A DNA stretch of 64,000 nt from a bacterium (GTDB taxonomy: Bacteria; J088; JAWLBW01), in assembly GCA_041690355.1 (NCBI GenBank), contig JAWLHK010000007.1, positions 1 to 64,000 on the forward strand, read 5' to 3'. This document shows positions 58,132 through 64,000 of this stretch, piece after piece (position 1 is the stretch's first letter; each line of letters begins with the position of its first letter). The notes under the pieces are model-generated. The model was given only the letters and a program-made list of their open reading frames with translations, was not told the origin of the DNA and made no database searches. The translations under genes were made by a program, and so were the position numbers.

Positions 58132-58536
58132 ATGACAACCATCCGCCGTTTCGAAGATAGCCTCGCATGGCAGAAGGCAAACGCTCTCTCCGCGTTTGTC
58201 CACCGTCTCTCGGATAGAAAGGCATGGGGGCGCGACTGGTCCCTTCGAGAGCAGATTCGGTCGGCTGCCGGGTCCGTACCGGGAAACATCGCCGAGGGCT
58301 TCAACAGCGGAGGCGACCGTCACTTCCGACATTACCTCCGCATCGCAAGGGCATCGGCGGGTGAAGTTCGTGCTCACGCATACACCGCGCACCATATCGG
58401 GTACCTGTCCGATGAGGAACTGAGTTCAATCTGCAGCGCCAGCCACGAGTGCGAACGCCTGATCACCGGATTCATCAATTACCTGACGCGTTGCCTGGAA
58501 CAACTGGAAACCGACGCAGAGGAAAGCAGTTCATGA
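58132..58536 (+). CDS. Four-helix-bundle protein (23S rRNA intervening-sequence protein/bAvd-like, TIGR02436-type)
   Basis: FEDSLAWQKA, LREQIRSAAGSVPGNIAEG, FRHYLRIARASAGEV, IGYL. Confidence 0.9.
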   Translation: MTTIRRFEDSLAWQKANALSAFVHRLSDRKAWGRDWSLREQIRSAAGSVPGNIAEGFNSGGDRHFRHYLRIARASAGEVRAHAYTAHHIGYLSDEELSSICSASHECERLITGFINYLTRCLEQLETDAEESSS

Positions 58537-58563
58537 TCACCGGTTCACAATGAGCAACCTGTC

Positions 58564-58597
58564 ACTGAAGACTGAAGACTGGCGACTTACGACTGAG
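58564..58597. repeat. ACTnnnG heptamer array (5 units), right arm of the cassette
   Basis: ACTGAAG ACTGAAG ACTGGCG ACTTACG ACTGAG; contains the gmd stop codon. Confidence 0.85.
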
Positions 58598-59663
58598 CCC
58601 GATGACCCGCCGCTATCACTTGTTCTTCCTTGGCCCACTTGATATCCTCGCGAACCATCTCGGCGCATAGCTCCTCCACGCTGGTCTTCGCCTCCCAGCC
58701 GAGCTTCTCCTTCGCCTTCGAAGGATCGCCGAGCAGCGTCTCGACTTCGGTCGGGCGGAAGTAGCGCGGATCCACTTCGACGAGCACCTTGCCGGTCTTT
58801 GCGTCGCGCCCCTTCTCCTCCACACCCTTCCCTTCCCATTCCAACTGGATATCGACGTGCTCGAAGGACGCCTCGACGAAGCGGCGGACAGAGATCTGGC
58901 GGCCGGTGGCCAGCACGAAATCCTCGGGTTCCGGCAGCTGCAGCATCCGCCACATGCCGTCGACGTAATCACGGGCGTGCCCCCAGTCGCGCAGGCTGTC
59001 GAGATTTCCCAGATACAGCTTGCCCTGCATCCCGAGATGGATGCGGGCGACGGCGCGCGTAATCTTGCGCGTGACGAAGGTCTCGCCGCGCACGGGAGAT
59101 TCGTGGTTGAACAGTATCCCGTTGCAGGCGTACATGCCGTAGGCTTCGCGGTAGTTCACCGTGATCCAGTAGGCATACAGCTTCGCCGCCGCATACGGAC
59201 TGCGCGGATAAAACGGCGTCGTCTCCTTCTGCGGCGTCTCCTGCACCTTGCCGAAGAGCTCCGACGTGGATGCCTGATAGAACCGGGTCTTCTGCTCGAG
59301 GTTCAGGATGCGGATCGCTTCGAGAAGCCGCAGGGTGCCCACGGCGTCGGCGTTGGCCGTGTATTCCGCCGTCTCGAAGCTGACCTGCACGTGGCTCTGG
59401 GCGGCCAGGTTGTAGACCTCGTCGGGCTGCACTTCCTGCACGATCCGGATGAGGTTCGTGCTGTCGGTCATGTCGCCGTAGTGCAGGAAGAAGCGCGGGT
59501 CGTCGATATGCGGATCCACGTAGAGGTGGTCGATGCGCCCGGTGTTGAACGACGACGATCGCCGCTTCACCCCGTGCACGACGTACCCCTTCTTCAGCAG
59601 CAGTTCCGCCAGATAGGAACCGTCCTGCCCGGTCACGCCGGTGATCAATGCTACTTTTGCCAT
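58587..59663 (-). CDS. gmd: GDP-mannose 4,6-dehydratase
   Basis: [55 protein letters not shown]. Confidence 0.97.
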   Translation of the reverse strand: MAKVALITGVTGQDGSYLAELLLKKGYVVHGVKRRSSSFNTGRIDHLYVDPHIDDPRFFLHYGDMTDSTNLIRIVQEVQPDEVYNLAAQSHVQVSFETAEYTANADAVGTLRLLEAIRILNLEQKTRFYQASTSELFGKVQETPQKETTPFYPRSPYAAAKLYAYWITVNYREAYGMYACNGILFNHESPVRGETFVTRKITRAVARIHLGMQGKLYLGNLDSLRDWGHARDYVDGMWRMLQLPEPEDFVLATGRQISVRRFVEASFEHVDIQLEWEGKGVEEKGRDAKTGKVLVEVDPRYFRPTEVETLLGDPSKAKEKLGWEAKTSVEELCAEMVREDIKWAKEEQVIAAGHRAQS

Positions 59664-59667
59664 TACT

Positions 59668-59701
59668 TGAAGTGACGAGTTACGAGTGACGAGTGACGAA
59701 T
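59668..59701. repeat. AGTGACG heptamer array, direct-repeat copy 1
   Basis: TGAAGTGACGAGTTACGAGTGACGAGTGACGAAT; ends 4 nt upstream of the gmd ATG on the minus strand. Confidence 0.9.
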
Positions 59702-59722
59702 AACTTCTAAATCACTTGTTTC

Positions 59723-59753
59723 TCAAGAATTAAGAATCAGGAATCAGGAATCA
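59723..59753. repeat. TCARGAA heptamer array (4+ units)
   Basis: TCAAGAA TTAAGAA TCAGGAA TCAGGAA TCA; contains the acyl-CoA dehydrogenase stop; inverted relative to the 54395 array. Confidence 0.88.
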
Positions 59754-60932
59754 AACTGCGGCCGGCTGCTTCTTCTTGCCCGGCAGAATGCCCATGAGCT
59801 TGCAGATGATGCCGAGCATGATCTCGTCGGCGCCGCCGCCGATGGAGAGGAGGCGCGAATCGCGCATCGCGCGGGAGACCTGGCTCTCCCACATGTAGCC
59901 CATGCCGCCCCAGTACTGCAGGCAGGAATCGGCCACCTCACGGGTCAGCTTTCCGGCTTTCAGCTTGGCCATCGAGGCCAGCTTGACGACCTCCATGTCG
60001 TCCGGATTATCCACATAGCGCTCGACCGTCGTGTACACCAGGGCGCGCAGGGCCTCGACTTCGGTCTGCAGCTCGGCCAGCTTGAAGTGCACGACCTGAT
60101 TGTCGATGATCGGCTGGCCGAACGTCTTGCGCTCCCGCGTGTACTCGATCGTTCCCTGAATCATGCGATCCATGGAGCGCAGCGAGCTGGCGGCGCCGAA
60201 CAGGCGCTCTTCCTGAAACTGGCGCATCTGCATGATGAAGCCCATGCCTTCTTCGCCGATGCGGTACCGCTGCGGAACGCGGACGTTGTCGAAAAAAATC
60301 TGCGCGGTGTCTGACGACCACATGCCGAGCTTGTGCAGCTTCTGGGCCCGCGAGACGCCGGGCGTGTTCATCGGAACGACGATCATCGTCTTGTTGATGT
60401 GCGGCTTGTCGTCGGAGGTGTTGGCGAGCAGGCAAATCCAGTCGGACTGCATGCCGTTGGTGATCCACATCTTGGTGCCGTTGATGACGTAGTCGTCGCC
60501 GTCCTTCACGGCGGTGGTCTTCAGGCCGGCGACGTCGGACCCGGCGCCCGGCTCACTGACGCCGATGGAGCAGACCATGTCACCGGCGATGGTCGGCGCC
60601 AGGAACTCGCGGCGCAGCTCGTCGGAGCCGAACCGGGCCAGCGCGGGGGTCGCCATGTCGGTCTGCACGCCGATGGCCATCGGCACGCCGCCGCAGTTGC
60701 AGTTGCCGAGTTCTTCGGCGAACGCGACGGCATAGGAGTAATCGAGCCCCATCCCCCCGAACTCGGTCGGCTTGCTGATCCCGAGCAGCCCCAGGTTCCC
60801 CATCTTCTTGAACAGCTGGTGGGCGGGAAAAATGCGATCCTCTTCCCACTGGTCGACATAAGGATTGATTTCCTGTTCGACGAACTTGCGGACGGTCTGG
60901 CGCAGATTCTCGTGTTCGGCCGTGAAAAGCAT
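59751..60932 (-). CDS. Acyl-CoA dehydrogenase, citronellyl-CoA dehydrogenase AtuD-like
   Basis: Acyl-CoA dehydrogenase motifs; GGMGLDYSY..CGGVPMAIGVQTDM.TPALARFGSDELR matches AtuD as I recall it. Confidence 0.88.
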   Translation of the reverse strand: MLFTAEHENLRQTVRKFVEQEINPYVDQWEEDRIFPAHQLFKKMGNLGLLGISKPTEFGGMGLDYSYAVAFAEELGNCNCGGVPMAIGVQTDMATPALARFGSDELRREFLAPTIAGDMVCSIGVSEPGAGSDVAGLKTTAVKDGDDYVINGTKMWITNGMQSDWICLLANTSDDKPHINKTMIVVPMNTPGVSRAQKLHKLGMWSSDTAQIFFDNVRVPQRYRIGEEGMGFIMQMRQFQEERLFGAASSLRSMDRMIQGTIEYTRERKTFGQPIIDNQVVHFKLAELQTEVEALRALVYTTVERYVDNPDDMEVVKLASMAKLKAGKLTREVADSCLQYWGGMGYMWESQVSRAMRDSRLLSIGGGADEIMLGIICKLMGILPGKKKQPAAV

Positions 60933-60996
60933 GGAGCACTCCGGGAGGGGATTTCGAGTATCCGTTGATTCTCCCGTATGGAGCGTCCATTTTCAA

Positions 60997-61030
60997 TGAA
61001 GTGACGAGTGGCGAGTGACGAGTGACGAAT
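60997..61030. repeat. AGTGACG heptamer array, direct-repeat copy 2
   Basis: TGAAGTGACGAGTGGCGAGTGACGAGTGACGAAT; 32 of 34 positions identical to copy 1. Confidence 0.9.
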
Positions 61031-61050
61031 CAAGACCGGAAAAAAGACAC

Positions 61051-61082
61051 AAAAAAGGCCGGCACGAGAGTTCGCGCCGGCC
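61051..61082 (-). terminator. Intrinsic terminator upstream of the atuD-like gene, with no CDS ending before it
   Basis: GGCCGGCGCGA-ACTC-TCGTGCCGGCC-TTTTTT on the minus strand. Confidence 0.7.
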
Positions 61083-61181
61083 GCTCGACAGCCCCATGAG
61101 GGAGGTAAGGCGGGCCATCGGTTCTGAGGGTACCCGCTCGGCAGGTTTTCCGTCGATACCCAAAAATGGCAAACTTCGGGG

Positions 61182-61292
61182 GTCGAGAGTCGAGAGTCCA
61201 GAGTCGAGGGTCCGAGGGTCCGAGGGTTTACCGAAGCGCCTGGGGTCACATGTCGCCGACTCATGACGCATGAGACGCTCGACTCTTGACTC
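61182..61292. repeat. GTCSRGR heptamer array (6 units) plus a short inverted partner at 61278-61292
   Basis: GTCGAGA GTCGAGA GTCCAGA GTCGAGG GTCCGAG GGTCCGAG ... CTCGACTCTTGACTC. Confidence 0.8.
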
Positions 61293-61328
61293 GTCTACGG
61301 GGTATCGTAATGGGGTCTGGACGCACCC

Positions 61329-62228
61329 ATGCAGACCAAGCCCACCGTTTCCGTCATCATCCCCGTCTTTAACGATTATCCGGCGCTCGCCCGCTGCCTG
61401 GCCGCGCTCGAGGCGCAGTCCTACCCGCGCGAGCGCTTCGACATTTTCGTAATTGACAACGGTTCAACGGAACGCGCTCCCCTCCCGGCAATGTCGAAGG
61501 CGACGTTGCTCGAGGAGCCGCGCCCGGGTTCCTTCCGCGCACGGAATGTGGGCATTGCCGCCAGCAAGGGCGAAGTGCTCGCGTTCATCGACTCTGACTG
61601 CCTGCCCGCGCGGGACTGGCTCGAAAACGGGGTCGCCGCCCTGCTCCACTGCAAAGGGCCCGCCTACGTGGCCGGTCGGGTCGTCACGGTGCCCGCCGAT
61701 CCGGAGCATCCGACGCCGACCGAGCTGTACGAAATGTCGACCGCCTTCCCTTTCGACAAACACCTCAAGGATTCGCACTACGGCGGCTCGGGCAACCTGT
61801 TCGTCTGGCGCAGCATCATCGAGGACGTCGGTCCGTTCGACGCAGAGATGCAATCGGGAGGCGACGCGGAATTCGGCCGCCGCGTGTTTCTCGCCGGCTA
61901 CCAGCAGTTCTTTGCAGGCGACGCCGTCGTAAGTCACCCCGCCCGCCGCACGCTGGAAGAACGGCTCATCAAAGCCTACCGCGTGCACGCCGGGGCCCTC
62001 GACCTGATGCGCAAGGGGAATCCGGGGGCGATCGCCATGTACGGAAGCGTGACGAAGCCCTTTCTCCCCCCCGTGCGCAAGCTCCTCAACATCGCCCGCA
62101 CGGACAAGATCCGCGGTCCGGGGGCCAAGGCCAAGGCCATGTCAGTGCAGCTCGCCCTGCACTACGGCCTCGCGTGGGAACACCTGCGCACCACGAAGCT
62201 CGGCAAGCCGCCGCGCGGCGTGCGCTGA
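61329..62228 (+). CDS. Glycosyltransferase family 2
   Basis: VSVIIPVFN, IDNGST, ARNVG, FIDSDC. Confidence 0.9.
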   Translation: MQTKPTVSVIIPVFNDYPALARCLAALEAQSYPRERFDIFVIDNGSTERAPLPAMSKATLLEEPRPGSFRARNVGIAASKGEVLAFIDSDCLPARDWLENGVAALLHCKGPAYVAGRVVTVPADPEHPTPTELYEMSTAFPFDKHLKDSHYGGSGNLFVWRSIIEDVGPFDAEMQSGGDAEFGRRVFLAGYQQFFAGDAVVSHPARRTLEERLIKAYRVHAGALDLMRKGNPGAIAMYGSVTKPFLPPVRKLLNIARTDKIRGPGAKAKAMSVQLALHYGLAWEHLRTTKLGKPPRGVR

Positions 62229-62300
62229 CGCATGCAAAGCGCCTGATCCCGGATTTCTAATCCTGTAAGCGAAAGATGTTCGCGCGTGGGCGCACGAGGC

Positions 62301-63452
62301 TCACGAACCGAGCTTATCCGCGAGAACCCGCGCGATCTGCCGGGCGGCCGTGCCGTCCCCATAGGGGTTGACGGCCGTGGCCATCGCGCGATAGTCGGCG
62401 TCGTCGGTGAGAAGCCGGCTGACTCCCCTGACGATCCGCTCCCGGTCGGCCCCCACGAGGCGCGCGGTACCCGCGTCGATGGCTTCGGGGCGCTCGGTCG
62501 TCTCGCGCATGACGAGCACCGGCTTGCCGAGCGCCGGCCCCTCTTCCTGCAGGCCGCCCGAATCGGTGAGCAGCAGGGTCGACCGGCTCATGAGGTAGAC
62601 GAACGGATCGTAGGGGAGCGGTTCGATAAGGAACAGATTCGGAAGCTCCTTGCCGACCCGTGGCGCGAGCAGGGTCTCGACCGGCCCGCGCACATTCGGA
62701 TTCAGGTGCACCGGGTACACGAAGTCGACGTCGGCGAACGACGCGGCCAGCTCGGCCAGGGCCGCGCAGATCTGATCGAACCCGGCGCCGAAGTTCTCGC
62801 GCCGGTGGGCGGTGACGACCACGAGCCGTCGATCCCGAGCCACGTAGCCCGCGTCGCGCAACAGCCCCGCATAGGAAGCATCCTGTGCGGCCACGCGGTC
62901 GCGCGCAAAGAAAAGCGCATCGATCGCCGTGTTCCCCGTGACGAAGATCTGTTCCGCCGGCGTGCTCTCGGCGAGCAGATTCGCCCGCGCGCGCTCCGTC
63001 GGCGCAAAGTGAAAATCGGCGATTGATCCTGTGATGCGGCGGTTCATCTCTTCGGGGAACGGGGCGCGCTTGTCCCGCGTCCGCAGCCCCGCCTCGACGT
63101 GACCGACGGGAATCTGCGCGTAGAATGCCGCCAGGGCCGCCGCCATGCTTGTCGTCGTATCGCCGTGGACGAGAACCAGATCGGGCTTCCACTTTGCCAG
63201 AACATCGCTCACGCCGCGCAGGACGCGGCCGGTGAGATCGGGCAGATCCTGGCCGGGGCGCATCAGGTCGAGATCGAATTCCGGCTGGAGCGCAAAGAAG
63301 GCAAGCACCTGGTCGAGCATCTGGCGGTGCTGCGCGGTCACGCACACGGCCGTCTCGAAACGTTCCGCGGTACGCAGCGCGTGAACGACCGGGGCCATCT
63401 TGACCGCCTCGGGCCGGGTCCCGAAGACCAGCAGCACTCGCTTCCGGCTCAC
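62301..63452 (-). CDS. wecB: UDP-N-acetylglucosamine 2-epimerase (non-hydrolysing)
   Basis: FGTRPEAVKMAP, TAQHRQML, HGDTTT, HVEAGLR, TDSGGLQEE, NPYGDG; GTG start overlaps the upstream stop. Confidence 0.95.
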   Translation of the reverse strand: MSRKRVLLVFGTRPEAVKMAPVVHALRTAERFETAVCVTAQHRQMLDQVLAFFALQPEFDLDLMRPGQDLPDLTGRVLRGVSDVLAKWKPDLVLVHGDTTTSMAAALAAFYAQIPVGHVEAGLRTRDKRAPFPEEMNRRITGSIADFHFAPTERARANLLAESTPAEQIFVTGNTAIDALFFARDRVAAQDASYAGLLRDAGYVARDRRLVVVTAHRRENFGAGFDQICAALAELAASFADVDFVYPVHLNPNVRGPVETLLAPRVGKELPNLFLIEPLPYDPFVYLMSRSTLLLTDSGGLQEEGPALGKPVLVMRETTERPEAIDAGTARLVGADRERIVRGVSRLLTDDADYRAMATAVNPYGDGTAARQIARVLADKLGS

Positions 63453-64000
63453 ACGACGTCCTTTCCGAGAGCGCGTTTCAGGAGCCGAATGCCCTGTTCG
63501 ACCGGAGCGAAAAGTGCCGGCTTTTCCAGATTGTTGAACAGAAACCGGTAGAAATTCGGATAGGCCGCAAGCTTGTGACGCACGTCCCAGTGCTTGCGCT
63601 CGTAGGTCTCGACGGCTGTAACGGCCGACGACACTTCGTCGGCATCGCGGAGGCGCGTCTCGCGGAAAATGCGCTGCATCTCCTCCCGATGGCGATTCCA
63701 GTCGAGTTCGGCTTCGGCCCAGGTGCGGGCCCGCCGTTTCAGTGCGCCCAGTTCGTCCTTCCGGTCGAGATACCACTGCATGGCTGTGCGGATGCCGGCG
63801 GCGTCGACCAGCGACTGCGGCCAGTAATACCCGTCGTCGCGGGAAACGAAGCGGGAGACGGGAACGAGACGTCCGCTTTCCGGGTCGACCTGTTCGTTCA
63901 TCGGTGCGTTGTCGGTCGTAATCGTGGGCAGGCCGCACGCCTGCGCCTCGGCCATGGTGAGCCCGATCCCTTCTAGCCGCGACGGATAGACGTAGACGTC
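63449..64000 (-). CDS. Glycosyltransferase family 4 (GT-B), 3' part only
   Basis: DVYVYPSRLEGIGLTMAEAQACGLP (EX7E motif); open to the right edge. Confidence 0.85.
   Translation of the reverse strand, partial: DVYVYPSRLEGIGLTMAEAQACGLPTITTDNAPMNEQVDPESGRLVPVSRFVSRDDGYYWPQSLVDAAGIRTAMQWYLDRKDELGALKRRARTWAEAELDWNRHREEMQRIFRETRLRDADEVSSAVTAVETYERKHWDVRHKLAAYPNFYRFLFNNLEKPALFAPVEQGIRLLKRALGKDVV

Noticed and set aside
58132-58536. Four-helix-bundle gene as the Avd of a diversity-generating retroelement
   Set aside because: No reverse transcriptase and no TR/VR pair seen in the window.
61139-61155. Minus-strand CGACGGAAAACCTGCC resembles a cobalamin riboswitch B12 box
   Set aside because: No upstream GGGAA or CCCGCAACTGT core; kept only as an unassigned structured-RNA candidate.
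60993-61271. Short ORFs containing STLDSRL, SSLVTRH or DLRLTT peptides, also around 57945-58395
   Set aside because: These peptides are translations of the heptamer arrays, not evidence of genes.
54395-61292. Heptamer arrays as a CRISPR array
   Set aside because: No constant 23-47 bp repeat with regular unique spacers and no cas genes.

Overview
GC-rich, gene-dense bacterial chromosome segment. The gene content looks like a Gram-negative deltaproteobacterium or Myxococcota-like organism, which is an inference only. About 52 CDSs are supported. Housekeeping and metabolic genes include rlmN, cinA-thpR, a yciO/tsaC-family gene, metF, aroK, HU, mutS2-alaS, plsB, htpX, the aceE-aceF-lpdA-lipoate ligase cluster and three acyl-CoA dehydrogenases. 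Several lipoproteins have no assignable function. An atypical Fe-S assembly operon reads iscR-iscU-iscA-hscB-nuoB-hscA, with no iscS or fdx and with an orphan NuoB inside it. A surface-glycan locus contains a GT4, wecB, a GT2, gmd, two fcl, two manC, a GT-C membrane protein and a UbiA-type phosphoribosyltransferase. I recognised no rRNA, tRNA, CRISPR array or transposase. The most striking unexplained structure is a family of about a dozen short 7-bp-period tandem arrays. Their unit sequences differ but share an A-N-T-C-N-N-N skeleton, and they often sit on stop or start codons and occur as inverted or direct pairs. One inverted pair brackets a four-helix-bundle (23S rRNA intervening-sequence/bAvd-like) gene with its own promoter, lying antisense exactly between the gmd stop and the fcl start. 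A second inverted pair brackets what may be a decayed copy. A direct pair brackets an out-of-place atuD-like gene. All family assignments come from motif recognition by eye; no searches were run.
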